Source: Rhizodiscina lignyota (Eukaryota). From it: a stretch of DNA of 64,000 bases. Location of the stretch: the NCBI GenBank assembly GCA_010015805.1, contig ML978122.1, forward strand, positions 1,522,453 through 1,586,452, given 5' to 3'. Of this stretch, positions 37,895 through 49,230 are shown in pieces (the first letter of the stretch is position 1; each line of letters begins with the position of its first letter). The position numbers and the translations under genes were made by a program. The notes under the pieces were generated by a model. The model ran no database searches. It saw only the letters and a list, made by a program, of their open reading frames with translations, and was not told where the DNA came from.

Positions 37895-39120
37895 TCATCG
37901 ACGGCCAGCTTTGAATTTCTCGTGCCACTTCCTCCCTGCTGTATCTTTGCGAGCCGGAGCGGTCCCGGCTGAATCTAGCTCGTCTCGGTACGACAGTGCG
38001 GTCACTATCGAGCCAGATATTTTGCAATTGTCCTGGTCCACATCAGTCACATGGATATTCTGAGCCCTGAGGTTCCAGCTCCAAGCACCTACCTTGATCA
38101 ATTCCAAGGAGACATCTCCTCTCCACTTATCAGGGACATTCTCTTTCCACTTTTCTACGAGCGTCTTTTCATCCATATTCTTCGACACTACCGTTTCTGT
38201 CTCGAGGACCAGCCCTCCAATAAAAGCAAGCAACTTCTCTTTCTCCACTAGCACCCCTCCTTCCACCGGTGCTGAGCCGAGATGCCCAACAACAGCATCA
38301 ACCAGCGCAAGCGGCCATCCCTCATCCTCGTCCTTGAGTGCCTCCCATATCTCGTTCGCATAGATCCTCCCTGTACCAGCGATGTCGATGTCCGACACCA
38401 AACAAGCGATAACCATCTGCCGCCATAATTTATGCAGCGCGACTACCGTAGGCCGCACACAGAAAACCTCATGCTGGAAGGCGCACAGCGCATACCATGC
38501 GCTCCCACACTCGGCGCCGGAGAGCGGGACGTCGGAGAAGAGGTGCTGCTTTGACCGGTGTGCCTTCCCTTTCGAGCGGCTGAGAAAGTCTGGCAGGGAT
38601 GTTGTAGCGTTCCATTTGAGTAGTAGGTCGTCTAGGAGTCTGGATGGTGACGGGTGGTTTGAAGGGAGGAGTTCGAGGGTTGATTGGATGGTTGCGATGG
38701 CTGTGACGCCTGGTGTTGGTATAGCATCTTCGTTGGACGTAGATGAAGGCTGAATGAAAAAGACGGAGTTGGATGTTTGTACTTGACGGATTTGGTAGGT
38801 TTTGTTTGCGGTGCAGAGGACGGCGTTGGCGGGTTTGGAGGGGGTGGAGGTCGATGGATCGGAGGGAGGGGAGGACTTGAGTTGTAGACTATGAGGAGAT
38901 GAGAATTTGATGTACTTTCTGCAATATGATAACTGAGTCTTTAAGAGAAATAAGACGCCGTAAGAATTTCGTGAGTATGGCTCTACTGAATCATCACTTA
39001 CAAGGGTGCATCGGAGGCTGATAGGAGCTCTACCAGTTCATCTGGCAACTCGAGCAGACGAAAGTTCTGCTGCTCGTGCGCAATTGAGAATGGTATTCCA
39101 GGCTGGTCCTGCGTGGCCAT
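37895..39120 (-). CDS. DCC1: Sister chromatid cohesion protein Dcc1
   Basis: FRLLELPDELVELL, AVLCTANKTYQIRQVQTSNSVFF and a C-terminal RKWHEKF. Introns 38889-39001 and 38033-38092. Confidence 0.92.
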
Positions 39121-39605
39121 CGCCGCAGTGTCGTCCAAATCGTCTTCACTGCAGTTGTTGATGGTTGGTGTGTGACGTCGGCAAACGCGTCTTAACGCGT
39201 CCCAAGTTTCGCGCCGCTCTCGCTCAAGCCACACACAGAAAAGTGCGCACAAGAGCTCTGTGGACCTGCACCAACTTCCCGCTTCTTCGTGCATTTGCAA
39301 GCTTCTCCCCTGCGCTGCAAGCCGCTGCCGCTCGTTTTTAATTTACCACAGCATCAGCAGGCGTCGCTACTGCACAGTATTTTCGTCTGACTGCACGACA
39401 CTGACCGCGCCTTCCCTGTTTATTTACTCGCCGCAGCTCGATATAGCCTCCCGCGGACGAACAACATCACAACCACCACGCGCCCTCTCCCACCTCCATT
39501 TCGGCCTCGCTAGCTGGAGCAATATGCCATTGGCGTAGGGCCTTCTTCTTTTCTCCAAGAGCTGGCCTCGACGTTTTCAATTGACATTCGCTCTCGCTCG
39601 CAACC

Positions 39606-42600
39606 ATGGTCGCCTTGACACCTCCGCCGCCCGCTCTCTCCCCCGAGAGCCTCGAGCTCTTCTACGTCGTCGACGAGTTGCTTGCGCGTTCTCCGATTCT
39701 TTGCTTCTACGGTCCATCCGCGACTGCCACTTCTAGCGCGACGAGCTCGCGTATTCAAGCACACGTCTTTTCGCCAGCTGGCCTACAATCATACCCGCGC
39801 CTCACCATCTCACCGAGTTCACCGCTCTATGCTGCGATAAACTGCCTCCCACGCGAAGAGCAAGGTGATGAGATATGTCGGGGTCTCGCATTCAGCATCT
39901 ACAAGTACTTTGCTGAGCTTCCGGATAGTGTGAGGAGTGTTTGGGAACAACAACCGACGGCTTTGGGCAGGCAGCCACATGCGCCGAAGCTGTTCAGTGA
40001 CGCTCATGCGGCGATACTGGCTAGTCGGATGACAAAGGTGGAGAATGTGGAAGAGGTCGTCAAGGACGTCAAACAGGCGCTGTCTGAGCAGGATCTCTCC
40101 TGGTTGGATATCGACCTTGTTTTACCACCAGGGACTATGCGACAAATTGATGCCCGAGAGTCCTTGGATGATTCAGATGACGGCTTCTTTAGACAACGAT
40201 ATGGTGGTTACGCGTCTGTGGTCAAGTTGTTTGGCGAACCTGCCTTTCTTCCAACATCGAAACTTCGACGCGCACCCAGCAAGCCCTCCGGTCTAAACAG
40301 GAACGCGAGCTTCTCAAGACGGCAGAAAGAGAGCCTTAGACGAGAGATGTGCGAGCTGCTAGATACAGAGGAGAGCTATGTTTCCAAGTTGCACGACCTA
40401 CTGCATAGCGTTGCCTTTGCATTTCGTGAGAAGGCAAGTAACAAGAGCTCGGATAGCACAAGTCCAAGCGCGCAAGCATTGGAGAAGTTGTTCCCCCCAA
40501 GCTTGGATGTCATCTTGAAGACGAATACCGAGTTCTTGGAGGCTATGCGAAGCATCTTGGAAGAGACCGAGAATGAAGCTATTAAGGACATCGAATCGAC
40601 CTCTCCAGACGACGTACTAGTATCACAATCGGCACCTTCAACTGCGGACGTCACGGGCGCTGCATCCCTTGCACAGTGTCTGCTCGACTGGCTGCCGAAA
40701 TTTTCGGATTGCTACACGGACTATATCCATGCCCACTCTCAGTTTTCTCAATTCCTCAAAATCTTCATGAGCGAGACGGGCTCGAGCTTCTCCAAGCGCA
40801 TCCAAGAGACTGGAGAGCAGAGACTGATGTCCATGCTCATTGAGCCAGTCCAACGTCTGCCTCGATACAATCTCTACATCGACAACATCATTAAGCAGCT
40901 CCCTGCACGCCATTCAGCCATCAAGTTATTCCTCAAGGCACGCAATACCATCGCCGAAATATGCTCAAGAGACGTGGCACCGATGACCGCAGCTCGAGTC
41001 GTCGAGATTCTATCAGCTATTGCACCAATATGGCCAGCTTCACTTGCCCCAATGGGAAGAATCATCAGTGCTGTTGACGTCTCAATGCTAGAACCACCTT
41101 ATCGAATTGATCTACAGCATCCGAGGACGACTCACGGGATCCTACTCTTCTTCACAGATACTGTAGTTCTCTTGCACAAGAAGAGCAAACAATCGACTTC
41201 GGCAAGGACGCTTCTGGGCATGCTTGATGGCACCAACGTCATTCCGCCGAACACCGCAGATGGAGAAGACCTCGCGTATCGACAGCACATGCGTCTTGCA
41301 GATGTCGAGTTCAGCGAACTTCAAGATGGGAAGCTGATCCAGCTCATTCATTCACCGTCACAGGCTCGACCGTTTGGGCCTCGTCGACCGAGATCTCGCT
41401 CGCTTGACATCGCAGTTCAGGTCTATTACCTGTCTGGCGCATATGAGAATCGTGCTGTGCGATTGAGCGAGGAGATTGCCAAGGCGAGGGTCGAGTCGCG
41501 CTTCTCGGAAGCAGAACGTGAGAGCCATAAGTGGGAGGTTCGCAGTACTGGTGCGAGCGGAGCAGAGTTGCACTTGTTCACCTCGCTCTTCGAAGACCCA
41601 ACAAATCAGATGAATGTTGAGCGAGGACCACCTGCGAAAGTCAGGATTGTGGTTGATCCGCTACGAGGTTCAAGGACTATCAAGCCTGGACAGGACGGTG
41701 TGGATATTGTCGGCAATCTCACAATCCAAGGCGAGGGCTTTTTCAAGCTGGAGATGAGTAGTGCGGGCGAGGCAGGAACAAAGGACCACATTACCACTAA
41801 AGAGTTTCTGGCCGTGCTTGGCAAGAGATTGAGCAATGCGCTCCAGAATAGAGGCAACATTCGCAACCCGAATCTGACGCCTTTGCTTCTGGCGAGGAAC
41901 CAGCAAATCCTGCAGAGTCTCAACGTGGTCGTCGAGACGAATGACGTCGAGATGTCGAGTAGCACAAAGGATTCTTTCCGCGCGCCGTCACCTGTCAAGC
42001 TGCTGTCAAATCTGTTCGGTGGATCTGTACCTTCTAGTCCCACAAAACACTCTAGAGGCGCATTGAGTCTCGGCAATGTTCCAACCATGTTGCCGGCTTC
42101 GACTTCATCGACCTCATTGCCAGATACGGATATGCAGCCAGTACTACGCTCTCCAACCCGGCCAAAGTCTATATTCGATCTGAGTGGAGCGGCTTCTCTT
42201 GCTGTGCCCGATTCTACGTCGAACCTAGAGCAAACACTTAGCAGCTACGTCCTTGCACTACATGCCAGGAAGGGCAATATCGTTGGCCGTGTCCTACGAG
42301 CTCGAGCTCATTCTGCTGATGAAGCTGCTGTGAATGAACTTTACAATACGTTGCTGGAAGACCCAGCCTCACACCATGCAGCAGCACAAGCACCGGTAGA
42401 TGTCCTCTTCGCAGCTTTTGAGAAGTTCGTCAAAGTCGCGTGGACGCTGGAGTATGGCTACATTCTGGACCCGGCCACCTTGACTGCAGTTCAAATTGGC
42501 CAAGACTTCACAGACTCATTCCGCAGCAAATTCGCCGAGATGAACCAGCAGAATCGCGCTGCGATACGAGACATTGTCAAGCTTCTAGCGGACTTGCTTG

Positions 42601-44333
42601 ATGGCACTGCCAGCGACGGAGATCGAGGCATACTCACTGCCGCGTTTGCTGAAGTTCTCATTACGGGTGGTAGCAGCAGTGCCAGTGCACACGAACTCTT
42701 CTCAATCTTAGACCGCTTTGTGGAGGATTTCCACACCCTCTTTGCTCCTGTCGACAGCGTCAGCGGCCACGCTACACCAAGCAAGGCTTCAGTCAACTCT
42801 GAAAACAGGTCCTCACGCCTCATCAACGCTGCCGCTGATGCCATGGCTGGTCTTGCGCCAGGTAGCGGTATGGGCTCGAATCATTCGAGCCTAAGAAAGA
42901 AGTTCGGATTCAGTACGCTGCACCGCAAGAACAGCAAAGCGGATAGTCATACAGAACCCGAATCGACCTCCGTCTGGCGCACCTTGAGCAAGGGCCGAAG
43001 CACCACTCTCAGCAGTGTCGAGAACCCTCCGTCTCTAGTCCGCAGCAAGTCCCAAGACGAGCGCGACCGCGTATATACGCCAAAGAGGCCTGTATCTCGT
43101 GATCGTCCAACAGTCATGGGCGCATTTGAGGGAGAGCGTAGGGAACTCAGCACCATTGGTGAGAATGCTGTTGCTGGCCCTCCTAGGAAGAAACGCCGCA
43201 GCAGCTTAAGTGATTTAGGCGATCTGAAGAACAGCCCCCTTCCGCCCCGGCTCGAGTTGCAACTACCACAAAGCCCAAGGCTGACAGGACCAGTTAGTGG
43301 CTCGCCGGTAGGGAGTCCAAGTCCAGTCAGATCGGGCATACCGCAGAGGAAGGGCAGCATGATGAGTCCGGCCCCGTTGAAGGAGAATGTAAAGCCAAAT
43401 CCTTATTCGACGCTTCCACGCTTGGCGGCTCCTCTCTCACCTACTGGAACTGGCGCAGGTCTGACGAGAGGAAGTCCAAATCGTCCTGCCGGTCCGCGAG
43501 TAGTAGGCGCAACATCCGGCGTGCAGTCATCGGACGAGGTGGTCATCACGGCCCACAACACGTCTCCAAGCAAGCGCCGCGCCGGATCGGTCACAAACTC
43601 TTCTGGCATCCCGAGTCTTCGATCTCCTCCCCCACCGCTGAACGACGGTCCCGGTGCAGCTAACATCGCACGATTCCCACCACCGTCTGGCACAACCGAC
43701 AAGTCCATCTCCCCTGTAGCGCCGCCCAGCCCAACCCGTAAACTCCGCATGCAGAGTCCCCAGAAGCTGCGCGAGCGCCTCACCACCGAAGCCAAGTCCG
43801 TCAAGGAGGCAGACGACGCACTCGCACAAGAAATGGCCAAAATCGGCGAGGAGCTCAACGCACTAGGCTCTGCACAACGACCAGGCTCATCCTCCAGCCG
43901 CCCAGGCACCGCTTCAAGCGCAGGGTCAGCCGCACTACACCACCTCTCAAATGGATCCGGCATTGCAGATCCCAAATTCCGCACCCTGGAAGCCCGCCTC
44001 AAGACCCTCGAGGCCGCCATCCCGACCACCATCGCCTCGCTTTCAAAGCGCTTGACCGCCATCGAGGCCGACGTCTCCTCCTCCCTGGCAGTGTCGGAGA
44101 GCAAGGCCCGCGGATTGGACGAGGCGCTGCGCGACGCGAATAAGGAGAATGAGGCACTGTATGGACGCTTTAATGAGGAGCTGGCGAGGGTGAGCAAAGG
44201 GGTCAAGGAGGCCGGGATGGCGGAGCTGAGGAGGCAGATGGGCGGGATGAGGGAAGAGAGTGAGAGGTTGAGGAAGGAGAATGCGAGGCTGAGGAGGGAG
44301 GTTGTGGGTTTGAGGGCGCAGTTGAGGGAGTGA
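39606..44333 (+). CDS. BUD3: Rho guanine-nucleotide exchange factor (DH domain), Bud3-like
   Basis: Intronless 1575 aa. DH motifs ELLDTEESYVSKL and SMLIEPVQRLPRYNLYIDNI, a S/P-rich region and a C-terminal coiled coil. The RhoGEF call is firm; the Bud3 orthology is from recalled architecture. Confidence 0.85.
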   Translation: MVALTPPPPALSPESLELFYVVDELLARSPILCFYGPSATATSSATSSRIQAHVFSPAGLQSYPRLTISPSSPLYAAINCLPREEQGDEICRGLAFSIYKYFAELPDSVRSVWEQQPTALGRQPHAPKLFSDAHAAILASRMTKVENVEEVVKDVKQALSEQDLSWLDIDLVLPPGTMRQIDARESLDDSDDGFFRQRYGGYASVVKLFGEPAFLPTSKLRRAPSKPSGLNRNASFSRRQKESLRREMCELLDTEESYVSKLHDLLHSVAFAFREKASNKSSDSTSPSAQALEKLFPPSLDVILKTNTEFLEAMRSILEETENEAIKDIESTSPDDVLVSQSAPSTADVTGAASLAQCLLDWLPKFSDCYTDYIHAHSQFSQFLKIFMSETGSSFSKRIQETGEQRLMSMLIEPVQRLPRYNLYIDNIIKQLPARHSAIKLFLKARNTIAEICSRDVAPMTAARVVEILSAIAPIWPASLAPMGRIISAVDVSMLEPPYRIDLQHPRTTHGILLFFTDTVVLLHKKSKQSTSARTLLGMLDGTNVIPPNTADGEDLAYRQHMRLADVEFSELQDGKLIQLIHSPSQARPFGPRRPRSRSLDIAVQVYYLSGAYENRAVRLSEEIAKARVESRFSEAERESHKWEVRSTGASGAELHLFTSLFEDPTNQMNVERGPPAKVRIVVDPLRGSRTIKPGQDGVDIVGNLTIQGEGFFKLEMSSAGEAGTKDHITTKEFLAVLGKRLSNALQNRGNIRNPNLTPLLLARNQQILQSLNVVVETNDVEMSSSTKDSFRAPSPVKLLSNLFGGSVPSSPTKHSRGALSLGNVPTMLPASTSSTSLPDTDMQPVLRSPTRPKSIFDLSGAASLAVPDSTSNLEQTLSSYVLALHARKGNIVGRVLRARAHSADEAAVNELYNTLLEDPASHHAAAQAPVDVLFAAFEKFVKVAWTLEYGYILDPATLTAVQIGQDFTDSFRSKFAEMNQQNRAAIRDIVKLLADLLDGTASDGDRGILTAAFAEVLITGGSSSASAHELFSILDRFVEDFHTLFAPVDSVSGHATPSKASVNSENRSSRLINAAADAMAGLAPGSGMGSNHSSLRKKFGFSTLHRKNSKADSHTEPESTSVWRTLSKGRSTTLSSVENPPSLVRSKSQDERDRVYTPKRPVSRDRPTVMGAFEGERRELSTIGENAVAGPPRKKRRSSLSDLGDLKNSPLPPRLELQLPQSPRLTGPVSGSPVGSPSPVRSGIPQRKGSMMSPAPLKENVKPNPYSTLPRLAAPLSPTGTGAGLTRGSPNRPAGPRVVGATSGVQSSDEVVITAHNTSPSKRRAGSVTNSSGIPSLRSPPPPLNDGPGAANIARFPPPSGTTDKSISPVAPPSPTRKLRMQSPQKLRERLTTEAKSVKEADDALAQEMAKIGEELNALGSAQRPGSSSSRPGTASSAGSAALHHLSNGSGIADPKFRTLEARLKTLEAAIPTTIASLSKRLTAIEADVSSSLAVSESKARGLDEALRDANKENEALYGRFNEELARVSKGVKEAGMAELRRQMGGMREESERLRKENARLRREVVGLRAQLRE

Positions 44334-46363
44334 GAGCTTTTGTTTCTGTGCATGAGGATGATTTCCTTAATTTCTTTCTTTTCTCTTCCGAGTTTCACGA
44401 GTGTTGATGAGTGCGCGGTGTTCTTCTAGGTCGCTGGCGTTTACGATGCTCAGGCGGGCTGGGTATATGACGATGGCTTTGGCGCTGGGTGTTTGGATAT
44501 GGACTGTTTGGAATGTTGGAGCTGGACACGCTCTGTGGGGAAGTGGATGATGCTTTTTATATGTGGTATAGCAGTGGAAGAATGGGTGGTTCGACATTGT
44601 GAAAATGCAGAAAAGTTCTGTAAATGGTGTGCTGATCAATTTTATGCACCATCCTCTCCACGTGCCCGCCTCTTTTACCGCTCAAAGTGACTTACAGAAA
44701 TTGAACTGGAAAGCAACCATTTTCGATTTTGTACTTGGGTCGAACGGAAAAGAATTGATGCTAGAGTATTTGGAGCTTAAGGATGTTGTTTGTGCCATCA
44801 TGGAGCGGAATTCGCATAGAGTTACGGATGTTGGTGAGATTTCTCTTGCAGGATTTGTCGCTCTTCCACGTCATCGAGAGCATCGCTGAAGGTTTGATGT
44901 AATCTGCTTTAGATCATATCTATTGTGCCTGCACGGCTTCGACGAATTTAACCGCCGTTTGCTCAAGCCCCTGCTCTCTCTAACGGCCCTCCACGGCACG
45001 CCGTCATGAAGAATGGGTCTAATTCCACGCTCTACTCCGGGTGAACAGAAGAAAGACGGTGGTACAGACAATGATGACACACTCTTCTGGTATCTGTATT
45101 TCGAAGATAGATTCGGTAAGATTTATGACATAATTAGAGTCTCGATGGGGGTGGTGACTGCAGTCGATCATACGATTGATGCTGTGTCCAATCTCCTGAA
45201 TGGGTTCATCTACGGACAGCTCTGTAATGCAGGAGCGGAAGCTCATATCATATGCCATGGAATATTTCGTCGCTGGCTTGAGAGCAGTGATACAGGAGGC
45301 CATGCCATGCGTCTCTGGAAGCCGTACGGATCTTGTTAATCTCCCAACTCCTTCTAATCCTTCCTCCAGGATGGGATCGTCGACCTTTGTTGCCACGTAT
45401 TTGACGGTCCGAGGTGCAATCAAGAAACGAGAACCTTTCACATGTACGACTCGGAAGTAGTTCGCGGAGTCTATTCCATTCCTCGGTCGTTTGGTCGTTC
45501 GGTCATCTTGCCAAGTCAAATGAGGCCTGCAATAAGGGAGCGCGAATGTTTAGATAGTCATAAGACCTTTGGCCGGCGCAAACTTGAAGCCATTCTCTTC
45601 ACGCACGTGGGACAACTGCCGTCTGTTGGGAGAGGAGGAAGTAGGAAGAGGATGTTGGTTTTGCAGGGTTAGCAAGCCTGGCGGACGAATTGAGTCAGCT
45701 CCCGAGGACAGGTGCTTAATTGGGAAGCTCGTGGACAGCAGTGGCGGGCTGTGTGGTGTGGAGAGGCCCCGGAATGGATGAGCGTGCGACGGCGAAGATA
45801 AGCTGCTGCTCCCCGTCGACATTTCCGCTGTTGAGGAACGCCACTACAGCTGCCTCCGGGGCAACAGTGCGACTGCATCTTAATAAAGAGCGCCAGCGGC
45901 ATCGCGAACTTGACGCGAACCAGCATTTCGAACTGTGGTACGGCCGCTGCTAGCGCTGTGCGGTTGGACTCGATTTGCGTCAGGGGGTCCCCTCGCATTG
46001 CGTCTGCGCTACGCCGCACCTTTAATACACAGCGAACACTCCCACTCCTCCTGCATTGTGCCTGAATTGCCGCCTCAAGAGACACGCAATCCCGAAGAAC
46101 TTCACAATCGCGCCAGCTTCCGCCATTCCTCGTGGCAAGCGATGATTAGGTCTCCAACCACGCGCTTGAAACACTGCACCTCCCCCTCCCTCCGATTGGC
46201 CTCGAAACCCACCTCCCCACGCAGCTCGGGACCCGCTTCGAGGACTGAAGGACTGACTGACTTGTCCTCGCGTCAGCCTCGCCATCATCTGCTCGTACAT
46301 GCGATTGTGCTATTCACGGCCTAGCATGTTCGTTCTCGTCGCGAAGTACCCTTTCGACCAGCA

Positions 46364-48133
46364 ATGAAAGACTATGGCTGGTTCCTTCGAGGCGTCCAGT
46401 CCGCCATCTTCCTCTACGTCTCTTGCGGCCCATGTCACGATGCGTCATATCGCCGGAAGAGGAAGAAGGAGGCGATACGGAGTAGGCAGGAGAAGGAACA
46501 GTTGAGGGCAGATTATCCGGAGGCGCTTCATCAGCCCTCGCCGTTCGACATCAATCCTTACTGGCAGGAGGAGATTGATATTGGACCGGGTCCTCCGCTG
46601 AGGAAGGCAAAGAGAACGGGCAAGGCGAGTGGAGATGGAAGTCAGGCCCAGAGCCAGAGGAGTCGGGCATTGACAGCGGCGACACAAACGTCGTTCGATA
46701 GCAGTCTTGCGGAGCAGCAAGGAAAGAAGATTGATCTTTCCAAATTGAAAGAGCTGGATCCAGCACATATCAAAGAGAAATGGCAGAACAGACATCAACG
46801 AAGAGACGAAGAGAATATGTCGGACGAGGAATATTACGAAGGCATGATGGATGGTGAAAGTAGCTCACGTCGACGACCAAGCCATGGCGGTTCATCTGTT
46901 GCCCCTGGAGGATGGCCAACATATCCCAGGGAGAAGCGCAAATACCGCTACACTACTACACGCGCACCACCTGTGAACGACCTTCACCCGCCTATTGTTG
47001 TTACCCCTTCGGTCTACCGGGCGGAGCGACAATGGATGAAAGAGGGCCCCCCTTCAGCGGCATTTATGAATGGCAAGGCAGGAACACGCACGAATACACC
47101 ATCACGAAGCGAAAGCGCACTTTCCAATCGCGACAGGGCGCATAGTTCGCCGCGGATTTCGCCAAACTTGTACAGACATGTTGGTCAGAAGGCCCTGGAT
47201 GAGAAGGTCAGGCGTGGAGAGACGCCGGAGATACTACCAGTATCACGAGGTTCTTCACGCCGCTCACCCATTGGTGGCAGCCCGAGATTGAGTCAAGAGA
47301 ATGTGAATGTTGCGGACTACGCGGAGCATTCAACACCAGATAGCTCATTCGAAATGCAGCGTGTGCCAGGGCGGAAGAAGCGAAGGCCACGAGCATTGAA
47401 CCTAGCGTCCTCTAACATGGACTCGTCAGAGTCTTCTGAAGGCGAGACTATTATCACACCAACAACGACGGTCGATGGCAGTTCGAGCAACGTTGCAAAG
47501 CCTGAGCCATCCTATCACCCCTCTGGCACTGCTACATACAGAGTACGAAGCTCACACACGCGGCTAACGACCATCCTGTCGAGTAACGCCTCAAACTCCC
47601 CTAGCGTGGAGCGCGCAAGGTCGATGAGCCCTCAGTTCGACGGAGTGGGCAATACCCAAAGCGAGAACATTTCTCCAATGCAGTCCTTGCGCTCGTCGCC
47701 CCAGCCGTCGATGCCTGGATCTCCCGTCCCTTTCAAACCTATAAACTACAGCCTCGAGTCCCTACCTGGGTCAAACGTCGTCATAAATGGCATCCCCATT
47801 CCCTCCAAGGAATCAGACGTCAGGCAGGGTCGGGGGAAACGGCAAGATTCCCAACTCTCGCCTTCGAGGGCACCAATCATAATCAAAGACTCCTCGCTCC
47901 ACGTCCTCCAAGAACTTGTCTCGCCCTCGACGCTGCTAAATTCGCGAAACGGGCGCTCGCCAGCTTCGGCGGTGCGCGTCAAGCTGCCCGACGATGGGCA
48001 CGACGAGGATGCAGATGCGGATGTTGAGGACGAGGATGACGACGGCTGGCTCTGGACTGAGACTGGGGAACGGAAGTACAGGAGCTTGAGAGAAGCTCGA
48101 GACGTGAGGAATAGATGGAGCATGGATTTCTAG
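46364..48133 (+). CDS. Hypothetical fungal protein, largely disordered
   Basis: 589-aa ORF with conserved-looking blocks (QSAIFLYVSCGPC, QPSPFDINPYWQEEIDIGPGPP, RAPPVNDLHPPIV, RWSMDF). Confidence 0.8.
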   Translation: MKDYGWFLRGVQSAIFLYVSCGPCHDASYRRKRKKEAIRSRQEKEQLRADYPEALHQPSPFDINPYWQEEIDIGPGPPLRKAKRTGKASGDGSQAQSQRSRALTAATQTSFDSSLAEQQGKKIDLSKLKELDPAHIKEKWQNRHQRRDEENMSDEEYYEGMMDGESSSRRRPSHGGSSVAPGGWPTYPREKRKYRYTTTRAPPVNDLHPPIVVTPSVYRAERQWMKEGPPSAAFMNGKAGTRTNTPSRSESALSNRDRAHSSPRISPNLYRHVGQKALDEKVRRGETPEILPVSRGSSRRSPIGGSPRLSQENVNVADYAEHSTPDSSFEMQRVPGRKKRRPRALNLASSNMDSSESSEGETIITPTTTVDGSSSNVAKPEPSYHPSGTATYRVRSSHTRLTTILSSNASNSPSVERARSMSPQFDGVGNTQSENISPMQSLRSSPQPSMPGSPVPFKPINYSLESLPGSNVVINGIPIPSKESDVRQGRGKRQDSQLSPSRAPIIIKDSSLHVLQELVSPSTLLNSRNGRSPASAVRVKLPDDGHDEDADADVEDEDDDGWLWTETGERKYRSLREARDVRNRWSMDF

Positions 48134-49230
48134 CCCCCACCACCTTTTTTTTTTATGGGGCACATTCTTTCGCGCGTCTTTCAAGCAAGACCGCTTTTCT
48201 TTCTATTAAATTGCGTTGCCATCATAGCGCAGGCGTTCCCAGGGAGTTTGATCGGGTTCTGGGTTCTGGAATCACGATTGCAGTTCATGCATGGCGTTCG
48301 GGCTTTGGTTCTCCTGTTGGGCTATGATGTTATGGCGTCGCTTTTTCTGTCGTTCTGTTCGTTTCTTTCCTATGTTACGAGTGTTTTCTTTGCCAACGGA
48401 AGGACTGCCGGCATTTGGCATGGAAAGACGGGTCCATCGCACTGCAGCATTTTTAGACTGTGAGAGTCAATGGAAAGGATTGGATTGTTCATGAAAAGGA
48501 GGACCTCGGATTATCTACAAATTTTAAACATCACTTCAAACAGAAATTGCAAGGCCTGTCTGATTGCTCTCAATGGGATAACGTGATGCCTTCGCTCAAG
48601 AGTTGCGATTCCGGCCTGAGGCGAGCAAAGATGAACGGAGCGACATTGACGAAATCCTTAGCCAGTTGGATTAGCAACAGAACTAGAATCAAGTCTTCCG
48701 CTAGTTTGAAGGCCAAAGCAGACTTTGACCATGTTTCCGCCGGTTGATGGTCGCGCGATGTAGTATCAGGAAGCGCCGGGGTAGTCGGAGCTTTGGTGGC
48801 CACTCGTGCACGCCAAGCCTCGCAATTCATGTTTCACCACGACGTGTTTGTTTCGAGCACACCGAAGATGCTCCCCCAAGTATGGGAGGACGGGCCAGCG
48901 GTGCTCTGGACTTTGGTACTGCGTCGCAAGCATCTCCACAGCATGCGCCCGCCCAGGCCAGCAACTGGCCAAGATGGCGTTTGTAGAGAAGAGCGTTCGT
49001 TTCCGCTTCCTTTGTCGTGTTTGAAAGGTTCGTGAGCCGCTCCGGCTCGGCTCTCATATACATAGCTAGGTGACAATGCATTCTTATTGTCTATTGATTC
49101 TGTAAATCACCATTTTTTGGGCGTCCTGGGGAAGGGTTACTCGTATTTCATTCTTCTATTCTATTTCCGAGCCCTTGAAGGGACATTCCTTTTTCTTTAA
49201 CTACCAAAGATTTCATCTTCTTAAATCACG

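Noticed and set aside
43403..44398. 331-aa antisense ORF over the 3' end of the RhoGEF gene
   Set aside because: Shadow frame of GC-rich codons on the opposite strand; no domain.
44750..45700. Several 70-166-aa ORFs on both strands between the RhoGEF gene and the 46364 gene
   Set aside because: No recognisable motif or consistent exon chain; a relic cannot be excluded.
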